From positions 93,544-157,543 of the forward strand of contig DATBQB010000017.1 of the NCBI GenBank assembly GCA_036561025.1: DNA of 64,000 bases, written 5' to 3'. Within the stretch, counting starts at the first letter, position 1. Each line of letters begins with the position of its first letter. The notes under the pieces were generated by a model that made no database searches, was not told the origin of the DNA, and saw nothing but the letters and a program-made list of their open reading frames with translations. The translations under genes were made by a program, and so were the position numbers. This document shows positions 40,820-50,537 of the stretch, piece after piece. The stretch comes from Methylobacter sp. (GTDB taxonomy: Bacteria; Pseudomonadota; Gammaproteobacteria; Methylococcales; Methylomonadaceae).

Positions 40820-41182
40820 TTAGTCATTAACCGGCTGGTCAGAAGTCAACGCATTCCATCCGATTACAATTCTATATACCAGCAGTATTAAGGTTGCAAT
40901 CAAGACAAAAATTCCGATACCAAACTCAAATGTCAATCCGGACAATGCCAAGCCAGCCAGAGCCATCCAAACGGTCTTGATCTGCCAGTCAAAATGAGAT
41001 TCCAGAAAAGTTCCTTTGACGTCGTCCTTCTTCATGAAGTTGATAACCGCACCCACCAACAAAGGTAGCCCGGCGAATGCAAAGGCCAGTACTTGACACA
41101 GGTACACGGTCGCTGCGAGTCTCTTTAATGAGCGCAGTCTTTCACTATCAATTTGATCAATCGGTCTTTCATTCATAAACAC
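40820..41182 (-). CDS. DUF4870-like membrane protein
   Basis: ESHFDWQIKT and YRIVIGW motifs with hydrophobic segments. Confidence 0.75.
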   Translation of the reverse strand: MFMNERPIDQIDSERLRSLKRLAATVYLCQVLAFAFAGLPLLVGAVINFMKKDDVKGTFLESHFDWQIKTVWMALAGLALSGLTFEFGIGIFVLIATLILLVYRIVIGWNALTSDQPVND

Positions 41183-41298
41183 ACCTGCCTATTGGATTTT
41201 TGATAACCGCGAACCATATTATGGTCCGTATTGTTCAGAATAAACCTTATTACGACAAAATCAACTGAAACCAAACTCATTTTATGATTTAGATAACC

Positions 41299-41772
41299 TT
41301 AAAATCCAAGTTCGGACAGACCAGGGTGATCTTCGGGCCTTGGCCCCAGCGGCCAATGAAATTTCCGCTCCGTCTCATTAATCGGCATGTCGTTTATGCT
41401 GGCTATGCGGCGCTTCATCAAGCCGTTCGTGTCGAATTCCCAATTTTCATTGCCGTACGAACGAAACCAGTTGCCGGAGTCATCATGCCATTCGTAGGCA
41501 AAACGCACCGCAATACGCGCTTCGTGAAAGACCCATAACTCTTTTATAAGGCGATAATCCAGTTCTTTAGCCCACTTTTGCTTTAGAAACTGCACAATCT
41601 GGTCGCGACCGGTAAGAAACTGGACACGGTTACGCCATTGGCTATCAACGGTATAAGCCTGCGCTATTTTTTCCGGGTCATGGGTATTCCATGCGTTTTC
41701 AGCGGCACGTACTTTTTGTGCTGCCGTTTCGGCAGTAAATGGCGGTAACGGTGGGCGGATATTTTCAGTCAT
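41299..41772 (-). CDS. DUF1348 / NTF2-like protein
   Basis: [29 protein letters not shown] and [10 protein letters not shown]. Confidence 0.88.
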   Translation of the reverse strand: MTENIRPPLPPFTAETAAQKVRAAENAWNTHDPEKIAQAYTVDSQWRNRVQFLTGRDQIVQFLKQKWAKELDYRLIKELWVFHEARIAVRFAYEWHDDSGNWFRSYGNENWEFDTNGLMKRRIASINDMPINETERKFHWPLGPRPEDHPGLSELGF

Positions 41773-41837
41773 TTTCTATCCTCTGTATTTTTGACGACGA
41801 TTTCCGGCAGTGCAGAGAATGCAGGCTCTACCTACTT

Positions 41838-42647
41838 TTATTGCAGTACGAATTTAAGCCCGATTAGCATAAGAACACAAGCTAAAATAGGCCGTAAAAA
41901 TTTTTCGGGAATCTTTGCACTCAGATGGCTGCCAATCCAGATGCCGGGCAAAGAACCGATCAACAGGCTACCCAATAACACCAGATCCACGTTACCCAGG
42001 CTGAGATGGCCCAGCCCTGCAACGGCGGTAAGCGGAATAGCATGAGCCAGATCAGTGCCGACAATTTTCAACGTGGTCATTCTAGGATAAAGAAACAACA
42101 GCGCGACAGTACCCAGTGCGCCAGCCCCCACCGACGATAATGTCACCAATACACCCAGAACCGCGCCAATCAGCACGGTGGCAGGTATTTGCAGATGCTT
42201 GAAGCGGCCGGCATTTTCTGGAGTGCTATGCTCATCATCAATAGGCTGAAGCTTGGCCGCCCGGCTTAATAATATGCTGCGCACTATCAGCGAGAAAGAG
42301 GTCAACACCAGCGCGACGCCTAGCGTAAAAGTGATCGCTCCTGTGGTTTCTTTGCCGACTTCCATAAGGTGCTTGAGTACAAACAAAGTAATAATGGCAA
42401 AAGGTATGCTGCCCAAGCCCAACCAGCCGACGATTTTCCAGTCAACCGAGCTGTGTTTGTTGTGATGTACCCACACGCCCCCGGTTTTAGTGATTGCGGC
42501 AAACAGAAGGTCCGTGCCCACCGCGACGGCAGGTTTGAATCCGAACAGGAAAACCAGCAATGGCGTCATCAGCGATCCTCCTCCAACGCCAGTCAACCCC
42601 ACCAATAATCCTACCGAAAGACCGGAAAAAGCGTATGCCCAATTCAT
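41838..42647 (-). CDS. TauE/SafE-family sulfite exporter-like membrane protein
   Basis: GLTGVGGGSLMTP, AVGTDL and SSVGAGALG...VGTDLAHA repeats. Confidence 0.9.
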   Translation of the reverse strand: MNWAYAFSGLSVGLLVGLTGVGGGSLMTPLLVFLFGFKPAVAVGTDLLFAAITKTGGVWVHHNKHSSVDWKIVGWLGLGSIPFAIITLFVLKHLMEVGKETTGAITFTLGVALVLTSFSLIVRSILLSRAAKLQPIDDEHSTPENAGRFKHLQIPATVLIGAVLGVLVTLSSVGAGALGTVALLFLYPRMTTLKIVGTDLAHAIPLTAVAGLGHLSLGNVDLVLLGSLLIGSLPGIWIGSHLSAKIPEKFLRPILACVLMLIGLKFVLQ

Positions 42648-43003
42648 ATAAACTAACCTTATATTTAATGCGTCTAAAAACTGAGCATTATAACAGGCGA
42701 GTATTTGTATGTTGCTCTATGATTTATCAGCGCGTTCAATTTTCCCCAACGTATTCGCATGTTAATTAAAACGGATACGCTAATTCAGGCTCATTTTCCG
42801 TTAGAAATACAGGACTTCTTCAGATTCATTCGACATTGAGAGAGGCTGCGATTGGAAACCGAACATCAATCAGTTTATGATTGCGTATTCAGTGCAAGAT
42901 ATCTGACTTTATTCAACGGCGCTTTACACGGATTTTTTATACTCTCCTAAAAACGCACAAAACGAACATCGTCAAAAAACATTTTTCTATTTAAGAGGAT
43001 ACT

Positions 43004-45673
43004 ATGCGGAACCAGAAGCTTTTACCGGCGCTAATTGGAGCGATACTTGTAACCGCTATTGTTTTATATGTTGCTTTCTATTTCGTATTTCTCGATCTGT
43101 TTGTTGACCTATGGTGGTACGAATCATTAAAACTTGAAGCTTATTTTTGGCTTAGACTGCTCTACAAGTTCTTTCTTTCAGGCGGGGTAACGCTGGCGTT
43201 TTTTGCTATTTTCTTTTTTCATTTCTGGATCGCCTCACGCTATTTAGGTGTTAATCCGCCTGACGAGCTTTTTAATAACATAGATAAACGCCGACGCTTC
43301 CAACGCTTTGCCGACACCTTTATGACAGGCTCGGCGGCCATTTACACACCGATATCCCTGATTTTGGCGATATTTATCGCCATCCCTTTCTATAGCCAAT
43401 GGGAAACGACGCTGCTGTACTTTTTCGGCAGCGATTCGGGCGTAACCGAATCGGTTTACGGCAAGGATGTCAGCTTTTACATGCTGTTCTACCCGACTTA
43501 TATGCTGATCCAACAGGAAATGCTGATCACCGCCTCGCTGATCTTTTGCTTGGTCGGCATTTTATATTGGCTGGAACATATTTTCATACCGGATGAAAAC
43601 TCTGAGTTCCCGTTGGGCGCCAAGATTCATCTGACTGTGCTGATCGGCTTTGTAGTTGCGTTTGTGGTCTGGGGCTTCATGTTGGATCGCTTTACGCTAC
43701 TTTATACCGATAAACACGAACCGGTATTTTACGGGCCCGGTTTCGTAGAATTGCGCTATCACTTGCCGCTAATCTGGCTGGAAATTATTACTTTCGTCGC
43801 GACGGCGATAACAGCAGGCCTGTTCATTTTTTCCGAAAAACACCGGGTAAAAGCGCCTTTTTTAATATCGCTGACTGTCTTTCTGTGTGCACTGGGTTTG
43901 CCGAAAGTTCAATTTATCCCCGATTTAATCCAAAAATATATCGTCAACCCGAACCCGGTCAAATCCAATAAGCCGTTTATAAAGTACAACATTGATGCGA
44001 CGCTGGATGCTTACGACTTGAAGAATATCAACATGGTTGACATGACGATTAAGCTGGATGCATCTAAAGACATTGAAACATGGAGTACGCAAAAACATTT
44101 TGAGAATATCCCGGTATGGGACAGGGAATTTATCATCGACAGCTATAAACAGCTACAGGAGATAAGACCTTATTACAAAATCTTATCTGTTGATGAAGAT
44201 CGCTATTTCATTCTTGACCATACCAGACAAGTCAATCTGGCAGCCAGGGAAGTTAATATCTCAAAGCTCCCCCCTGAGGCGCAAAATTGGGAAAACACCC
44301 ATTTGCGTTATACCCATGGTTATGGAGCCGTCGTCACTCCCGCAGCACAGGATGCCAATAATCCTCTTGTCTGGTATTTACGTGATTTAAACATGCACTC
44401 CGACGTCGGCTTCAGCGTTGAACACCCTGACATTTACTACGGACTGGAACATTTCGACTATGCGATAGTTCCCAATAAACTAAACGTAGTTGGAATTGCC
44501 GGCTCCTCTGATCCCAGTATTGCGGAAGCTTACCACGGTGAAGGAGGCGTTCCCATTCCATCTTTGTTTAGAAAAGCATTGTTTTCTTTTTATTTCAAAG
44601 ACGAAAAAATATTTTTTTCAACCAATATCACTACGCAGAGTAAAGTCAAAATCCGCAGAAATATAACCGAGCGCATTAATAGACTGACCCCTTTCCTGCA
44701 TCTGGATAAAGATCCTTATCTGGTTATAACCAAGGACCGGTTTTACTGGATACAGGACGCTTATACATTATCTAGTAAATATCCAATATCCAAACCTGGA
44801 GACGATGATTTCCTGGAAGGGCATCAAGATTTCAACTATATCCGCAATTCAGTAAAGATTGTTGTAGATGCGTTCGATGGCGATGTTGACTTTTATATTT
44901 CAAATCCATCGGATCCCATTATTCAGGCATACAGTAATGCATATCCGGGATTATTTAAAAATCTGGATGAAATGTCCGTGGAGTTAAAGAAGCACTTACG
45001 CTATCCCCGCGATCTTTATTATCTGCAAATGAAAGTGTATGCCAAATATCATCAACAAATCCCTGAGTTATTCTACGAACAGGCCGAAACCTGGGCACAA
45101 GCCAATGTTCGTGCTCAACCGGTATTGCCTTATTATCAGACCATGGACTTTGGCAACTGTAATGACACCGAAGAATTTGTATTGATTAACCCGATGACGC
45201 CGGTTAACAGAGCCAATCTGAGCATGATAGGCGTTGCAGGGTCGCTCGATAAAACAAATTGCGGACTGGATTACAAGCCCGGCATTACTGTTTACAAATT
45301 TGGCAAGGATGTTCAGGTTAACGGGCCGGCACAGGTCGAGGCATTGATTAACCAAGACCCGGAAATATCGGCACAGTTTACCCTGTGGGGCCAATATGGT
45401 TCCGTTGTTGAAATGGGGCGCATGATTATTCTGCCGATGGGCAATACTGTTCTGTATGTACAACCCATTTATCTGGCCTCAACTAAAACCAAAATACCCG
45501 AATTGACCCGGGTCATTGTTTCTATTGGTAATAAGGTGGTTATGGATAAGACTTTATGGTCGGCTTTTAACCGCTTAAAACAGATTTATCTCCAAAACGC
45601 CGCCGAAAGTGATGGTACGGAAACCCCTAAAGCCATTATAAATGGCCAGGAAAAAACTAAAGAATCAAAGTAG
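43004..45673 (+). CDS. UPF0182 family membrane protein
   Basis: N-terminal TM bundle, HLRYTHGYG, YIRNSVKIVVDAFDG, HLRYPRDL and VLYVQPIY. Confidence 0.88.
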   Translation: MRNQKLLPALIGAILVTAIVLYVAFYFVFLDLFVDLWWYESLKLEAYFWLRLLYKFFLSGGVTLAFFAIFFFHFWIASRYLGVNPPDELFNNIDKRRRFQRFADTFMTGSAAIYTPISLILAIFIAIPFYSQWETTLLYFFGSDSGVTESVYGKDVSFYMLFYPTYMLIQQEMLITASLIFCLVGILYWLEHIFIPDENSEFPLGAKIHLTVLIGFVVAFVVWGFMLDRFTLLYTDKHEPVFYGPGFVELRYHLPLIWLEIITFVATAITAGLFIFSEKHRVKAPFLISLTVFLCALGLPKVQFIPDLIQKYIVNPNPVKSNKPFIKYNIDATLDAYDLKNINMVDMTIKLDASKDIETWSTQKHFENIPVWDREFIIDSYKQLQEIRPYYKILSVDEDRYFILDHTRQVNLAAREVNISKLPPEAQNWENTHLRYTHGYGAVVTPAAQDANNPLVWYLRDLNMHSDVGFSVEHPDIYYGLEHFDYAIVPNKLNVVGIAGSSDPSIAEAYHGEGGVPIPSLFRKALFSFYFKDEKIFFSTNITTQSKVKIRRNITERINRLTPFLHLDKDPYLVITKDRFYWIQDAYTLSSKYPISKPGDDDFLEGHQDFNYIRNSVKIVVDAFDGDVDFYISNPSDPIIQAYSNAYPGLFKNLDEMSVELKKHLRYPRDLYYLQMKVYAKYHQQIPELFYEQAETWAQANVRAQPVLPYYQTMDFGNCNDTEEFVLINPMTPVNRANLSMIGVAGSLDKTNCGLDYKPGITVYKFGKDVQVNGPAQVEALINQDPEISAQFTLWGQYGSVVEMGRMIILPMGNTVLYVQPIYLASTKTKIPELTRVIVSIGNKVVMDKTLWSAFNRLKQIYLQNAAESDGTETPKAIINGQEKTKESK

Positions 45674-45681
45674 CAGCTCAA

Positions 45682-45707
45682 GACCAGCGGCGTTATATCC
45701 GCTGGTC
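45682..45707. terminator. Hairpin between the convergent UPF0182 and rsd genes
   Basis: GACCAGCGG-N8-CCGCTGGTC followed by GTTTTA. Confidence 0.65.
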
Positions 45708-45731
45708 GTTTTATTGCTCAAGACAAAACGC

Positions 45732-46175
45732 CTATTGCAGCATCAGCTCGCAAAGGCGGTCTTCCAAATCGATTCTTTTTGCCAGACTTTCACCCAAGGC
45801 AGATAAGTCCTGTTTCAGATCGTCAAGAACAGTTGTCGCGCCACTTTCATATTTATCGTTAAACGATATCGCCGCTTCCGTGGTAGATGACAACTCAGGG
45901 TAAATTTCTTTGGCGGCCGACAATGCAGAGTCTTGACCGTCAGCGTCTCTGAACAGACATTCGCAAACGCCAAAATGACCAAGAGAAACATAGTCAATCA
46001 GTATTTCAGAAAACCGGGCCAGTTTCTTTCTAACTGTCGGGTTAGCCGAAAAAGGCATAAGCTCGGCCACATGACAGTACAAAGACCAAACCTCTTGTCT
46101 TTCATTTTGTAGTTCGGCTATCAGCTGATAAGCCTGTTGCTTTCTTTCCGGATTAAGTTGAACTGCAATCGACAT
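45732..46175 (-). CDS. rsd: Rsd/AlgQ-family anti-sigma-70 regulator
   Basis: LIDYVSLGHF, FNDKY and LSALGESLAKRIDLEDRL. Confidence 0.85.
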   Translation of the reverse strand: MSIAVQLNPERKQQAYQLIAELQNERQEVWSLYCHVAELMPFSANPTVRKKLARFSEILIDYVSLGHFGVCECLFRDADGQDSALSAAKEIYPELSSTTEAAISFNDKYESGATTVLDDLKQDLSALGESLAKRIDLEDRLCELMLQ

Positions 46176-46260
46176 AACACCCCCTATGTTTAGTTAGTGA
46201 CTTTAATTTATGTCGATTATCACGAAAGCGCAACAATTAATTAAAATATAAGGTAATTTT

Positions 46261-47094
46261 ATAAATATTTCAGTTATTATTCCCAGCTATAATCGCCGCG
46301 AGCTGCTAAAACGCGCACTATTTTCCGTGTATTCCCAATCCTTATTACCGGCAGAAGTTGCGGTAATTGATGACGGATCCACCGATGGCACGGAACAAAT
46401 GCTCCGCCAAGAATTTCCTCAGGTAAGCCATTACTATCAGCAAAACCTTGGCGTCAGCGCAGCACGCAATCTCGGCATACAAAAGACATCCGGGGACTGG
46501 CTGGCTTTTCTGGATTCCGATGATGAATGGTTGCCTGAAAAACTGGCCAGCCAGAAAGCGAAATTGGAAGCCAACCCTGAACACAGGATTTGCCACACCG
46601 AAGAAAACTGGATACGCAATGGGACCCAGGTTGGCGTGCCTACAAAATACGTCAAAACAGGCGGCTGGATATTTACCGACTGCTTACCGCTCTGCGCTAT
46701 ATCACCGTCCACCGTATTGATACACCGCTCGGTATTTGCAGACGTCGGCCTGTTTGACACCCAACTGCCTGCTTGTGAAGACTATGACCTATGGCTCAGA
46801 ATCAGCGCATATTACCCGGTTCTATTGGTCGAACAACCGCAAATAAACAAGCATGGCGGCCATGAAGACCAGTTGTCTATGGCGTTCTGGGGAATGGATC
46901 GATTCCGGATCAGCGCTTTGCAAAAAATCATTGATGGGGGTCAATTATCCGGGCAAAACCGGCAGGCGGCGGTAAATATGCTGGTAAAGAAAGCCACTAC
47001 TTATCTTAACGGCGCGACAAAACGTGGCAAAGTCGACGAAGCAAACTATTACCAACAGCTCATCAAACGCTATTCAATAGAAGAAATTATTTGA
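46261..47094 (+). CDS. Glycosyltransferase family 2 whose reading frame extends to an ATA codon
   Basis: The frame upstream of the ORF-track start gives (I)NISVIIPSYNRRELLKRALFSV; then IDDGSTD, FLDSDD and CEDYDLW. An in-frame TAA lies at 46249. Confidence 0.8.
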   Translation: MNISVIIPSYNRRELLKRALFSVYSQSLLPAEVAVIDDGSTDGTEQMLRQEFPQVSHYYQQNLGVSAARNLGIQKTSGDWLAFLDSDDEWLPEKLASQKAKLEANPEHRICHTEENWIRNGTQVGVPTKYVKTGGWIFTDCLPLCAISPSTVLIHRSVFADVGLFDTQLPACEDYDLWLRISAYYPVLLVEQPQINKHGGHEDQLSMAFWGMDRFRISALQKIIDGGQLSGQNRQAAVNMLVKKATTYLNGATKRGKVDEANYYQQLIKRYSIEEII

Positions 47095-47725
47095 TTCTAA
47101 AACTACAGTTGCAATCGCCCTTGGCCATGCAACTTAACTGCTCAACTTCTTTATCCAACAACGAGGACATAAGCGCCAGATCGAACTCGCATATCTCATG
47201 ATGTTTCTGGGCCAGATCGTGATAAATACAATTATAAGCCTGCATCTGCGGGCTTTCAGTTTCGGATTCCGGGCCTACTTTTACCTGAAAACCAAAATCT
47301 GTCATGACTATGGCCAGCTCATAGATACGTTCGTTTAGGCTTTTCCCTTCGAATTTGCCGCGCAGCTTATCTGCGAGCTTGCTGCCCAGCTTTTGCATAT
47401 AGGCTTTAAAACGTTCGTCGCCTATTTCCTGTTGCAAATCGCCAAGAATTAACGCTGAAAACCAAGCATACTGTTTCGGAAAATAGTTATTGCCTTTGTC
47501 GGTTATGACGTAGATAGTCACAGGACGTCCGGCTGTTTTATTGAATGTGCTTTTTTTGATATAGCCATCCCGCTCAAGAACAACAAAGTGCTGTTGGACA
47601 CCCGTTCTTGAAATATCCAGCGCTTTAGCCAACTCATCAACGCTCAACCCTTTCCTGTTTTCTAACAAATGTTCAAGTATTTGATGTTGGCGGGAACTTA
47701 TCTTTTGAAGCATTAGCGGATTCAT
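47087..47725 (-). CDS. SufR-like winged-HTH regulator with C-terminal Cys cluster
   Basis: HTH (LSVDELAKALDISRTGVQQH, GRP...Y..T..G) plus NC-X12-C...C...DCNC, resembling the Fe-S-binding SufR C-terminus. Confidence 0.75.
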   Translation of the reverse strand: MNPLMLQKISSRQHQILEHLLENRKGLSVDELAKALDISRTGVQQHFVVLERDGYIKKSTFNKTAGRPVTIYVITDKGNNYFPKQYAWFSALILGDLQQEIGDERFKAYMQKLGSKLADKLRGKFEGKSLNERIYELAIVMTDFGFQVKVGPESETESPQMQAYNCIYHDLAQKHHEICEFDLALMSSLLDKEVEQLSCMAKGDCNCSFRIK

Positions 47726-47835
47726 CCTCTTGTCATGACTTTATTGCTAAGTATACAATAATAATTTGTTATGACATATTTAACTTGTAAAAGTTTTATA
47801 TAGCAAAAAATCGTCTGTTGTTATAAACTTCTATA

Positions 47836-47851
47836 TGAGCAAGTTTGCTCA
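47836..47851. promoter_or_regulatory. Candidate operator in the divergent regulator/globin promoter
   Basis: TGAGCAA-GT-TTGCTCA palindrome 35 bp upstream of the globin start. Confidence 0.4.
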
Positions 47852-47886
47852 AATAAGAATAATGACACTATACAATACTGGAGACA

Positions 47887-48282
47887 ATGATGAGCGATTC
47901 ACAAGAAACAAATTCAGGCCAATCACTATATGAAAAACTCGGCGGCGAAGCGGCTGTTAATGCTGCGGTAGATATTTTTTATCGTAAGGTATTGGCAGAT
48001 CACCGTATTAACCGTTTTTTCGACAATTCCGACATGGAAAAACAAGCCGCCAAACAAAAAGCCTTTTTGACGATGGCATTCGGCGGTCCAAATAACTATA
48101 ACGGTCAAGATATGCGTAATGCTCATGCACATCTGGTCAAAATGGGCTTAAATGCAAGTCATTTTGATGCTGTCATGGAGCACCTTGGCGCAACATTAAC
48201 CGAGTTAAATGTACCGGCAGAACTGATCGGCCAAGCTGCTGCTATTGCGGAAAGTACACGCAACGACGTATTGGGCAAATAA
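47887..48282 (+). CDS. glbN: Group I truncated hemoglobin (trHbN)
   Basis: SLYEKLGG, IFY (B9-B10), QKAFL..AFGGP..Y.G, proximal AH and HFDAV. Confidence 0.9.
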   Translation: MMSDSQETNSGQSLYEKLGGEAAVNAAVDIFYRKVLADHRINRFFDNSDMEKQAAKQKAFLTMAFGGPNNYNGQDMRNAHAHLVKMGLNASHFDAVMEHLGATLTELNVPAELIGQAAAIAESTRNDVLGK

Positions 48283-48294
48283 CTGAAATACCAG

Positions 48295-49281
48295 GTGGAG
48301 ACCATGCGAAGCATAACTATTGGCGAATCAACATTTTCCTGTCAACCGGATGAGACTGTATTGGAAACCCTGTTAAGGGAAAACATACAAGTACCTAATG
48401 GTTGTCGCCAAGGACTTTGCCAAGCCTGCCTAATGCGCAGTATTGACAACCCTCCACCTGTCTCAGCCCAAGTCGGCCTTAAAGATACCTTGCAAAAGCA
48501 GAACTACTTTCTGGCTTGCGTTTGCCATCCTGAGCAGGATATGACCGTTGCTTTGCCCAACCAGCAAGGCGCTTCAATTGAAGCTGTCGTTATCAAAAAA
48601 CAACTGTTAACGCCCGATATCGTACAGTTGGTTTTGGAATACCAAACCGAGTTTAATTTTTTCGCAGGTCAATTCGTTAATTTAAAACGGCCCGATGGCT
48701 TAATCCGCAGCTATTCGATTGCGAATATCCCGCATCATAAAAAGATCCTCGAGTTTCATATTCGTCGCTTACCGAACGGTCAGTTCAGCAGCTGGGTCTA
48801 TGATGAATTGGAGTTAGGCACTCAATTAACCATCTCGGAAGCGCAAGGTTCTTGCCATTATCTACCGGGACGTGCAGAACAGCCCTTATTGCTGATCGGA
48901 ACCGGCAGCGGTCTGGCACCGCTTCACGGCATTATTGCCGATGCTTTGGCGCAAGAACACTCAGGGCCTATTCACTTGTTCCATGGCAGCCGCGATCTTA
49001 ACGGTCTGTATTTCATTGACGAAATGCGTGAACTTGCTGAGGAGTTTGATAATTTTTATTACACTTCCTGTCTTTCCGGAGAAGAGATTGAATCGGATCA
49101 CGTTCGAGGCCGCGCTCATGACATTGCCTTATCATCCATTGAAACTCTGAGCGGATGGCGCGTTTTCCTGTGCGGACACCCGGAAATGGTCAATCAAACC
49201 AAAAGAATGGCATTTATGAAAGGCGCGTCTATGGCTGATATTTACGTAGATGCTTTCCATGTGGCGCAGGAAAAGAAATAA
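48295..49281 (+). CDS. 2Fe-2S ferredoxin-FAD/NAD(P)H oxidoreductase
   Basis: GCRQGLCQAC...LAC, RSYSIAN, GTGSGLAP and VFLCGHPEMV. Confidence 0.92.
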   Translation: METMRSITIGESTFSCQPDETVLETLLRENIQVPNGCRQGLCQACLMRSIDNPPPVSAQVGLKDTLQKQNYFLACVCHPEQDMTVALPNQQGASIEAVVIKKQLLTPDIVQLVLEYQTEFNFFAGQFVNLKRPDGLIRSYSIANIPHHKKILEFHIRRLPNGQFSSWVYDELELGTQLTISEAQGSCHYLPGRAEQPLLLIGTGSGLAPLHGIIADALAQEHSGPIHLFHGSRDLNGLYFIDEMRELAEEFDNFYYTSCLSGEEIESDHVRGRAHDIALSSIETLSGWRVFLCGHPEMVNQTKRMAFMKGASMADIYVDAFHVAQEKK

Positions 49282-49290
49282 ACAAACTTG

Positions 49291-49325
49291 TAAAAAAGGC
49301 AATGTTGCTTAGCGCAAGCAACATT
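49291..49325 (-). terminator. Hairpin with a minus-strand U-tract between the reductase and phosphorylase genes
   Basis: AATGTTGCTT-AGCGC-AAGCAACATT; on the minus strand it is followed by GCCTTTTTT. Confidence 0.45.
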
Positions 49326-49332
49326 CGCCCTT

Positions 49333-50157
49333 ATGAATAAATCAAACCCACCCCAAATTTTTATCTACGCCGCGCTGCCCTGCGAGGCCAAGCCGCTGGT
49401 CGAGCATTTCGGATTAAAAAAAGCGACTACGATCCAACCGTTCGCAGTTTACCTCAATCAGGACATCTGCCTGACGGTAACCGGACTGGGAAAAAGCGCG
49501 ATGGCTGCCGGAGTGGCTTACACACAGGCATTATTTGCTGAAACTGAGCACCCGGTTCTGCTTAATATCGGTATCGCCGGGCATAAAGACCATGCTGTGG
49601 GTGGCTTGTTTTTAATCGACAAAATCACCGATGCTGACAACCTGAAAAGCTATTATCCGCCGCTGGTTTTCACGCCGCCTTGCCCCACTGCAAATATCCA
49701 AACGGTATCAAGGCCGCAGCTTAACTATGACCGGCACACTCTTTGCGATATGGAAGCGTCTGCCTTTTATGAAACTGCGGTACGATTTTCGACAGGTGAA
49801 TTAATTCAATGCCTGAAAGTTATTTCGGATAATGAATCATTGCCGGCCGAAAACATCCAGCCCAAGCAGGTTGCTTCACTAATAGCCGCGCATGTCGAAA
49901 CGATTAATCTCTTATTGGCAGAGTTAAGCCGTCTGGCGAAGCTGATAACTGCGCCGGAACCCAAACTGTTTGAACAACTGACGCAGCGCTACCATTTTAC
50001 GGTCAGCGAACAGGGACAGCTAAAAAACCAGCTGTCCCGTTGGGCGGCCTTAACTCACAACCAAGCCCTTGAATTTGATGAAACCCGGCTGCATAAAGGC
50101 AAAGATGTTTTACTGTGGCTGGATCAACAAATCAGTAAAATCGAGTTTTGTTTGTGA
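49333..50157 (+). CDS. Purine/MTA nucleoside phosphorylase-superfamily protein
   Basis: ALPCEAKPL, TGLGK, LNIGIAG, CDMEASAF and LKVISDN. Confidence 0.7.
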   Translation: MNKSNPPQIFIYAALPCEAKPLVEHFGLKKATTIQPFAVYLNQDICLTVTGLGKSAMAAGVAYTQALFAETEHPVLLNIGIAGHKDHAVGGLFLIDKITDADNLKSYYPPLVFTPPCPTANIQTVSRPQLNYDRHTLCDMEASAFYETAVRFSTGELIQCLKVISDNESLPAENIQPKQVASLIAAHVETINLLLAELSRLAKLITAPEPKLFEQLTQRYHFTVSEQGQLKNQLSRWAALTHNQALEFDETRLHKGKDVLLWLDQQISKIEFCL

Positions 50158-50174
50158 TCGTGTTTTTCTAGCCG

Positions 50175-50537
50175 TTAAAAGAATATAAATGGCTGCTTAG
50201 TGACAGCAACTATCGCGATATAAACAAAGCAGGCAAGCGCACCGGCAAAAGCTTTCCAACGCAGGTCGCCCTGACTCTTGATAGCGACAATACCCAAACC
50301 GACATATGCCACCAGAGCTATCAGTTTAGCGATAATCCAGCCGTACTCGCCCGACAACCATGAACCTTGAAAAACCAGCGTAAAGCCGGTAATCAGCAAC
50401 AAACTGTTGATGATATGCGGCCCGATTTTTATCCATGTAAGCTCCATCATTTCCGGGCGCTTTTCCGCCAGATAAACCCTGCCGACAAAGCTGGAGATGG
50501 ACAATAAAATAAAGATCATGTGAAAAAACTTAATCAT
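50175..50537 (-). CDS. SirB2-family membrane protein
   Basis: Four TM segments, KIGPHIINSLLLITG and WIIAKL. Confidence 0.8.
   Translation of the reverse strand: MIKFFHMIFILLSISSFVGRVYLAEKRPEMMELTWIKIGPHIINSLLLITGFTLVFQGSWLSGEYGWIIAKLIALVAYVGLGIVAIKSQGDLRWKAFAGALACFVYIAIVAVTKQPFIFF

Noticed and set aside
49333-50157. Calling this gene hpnG or mtnN
   Set aside because: Superfamily motifs are present, but there is no hopanoid gene context and not enough specific signal to name it.
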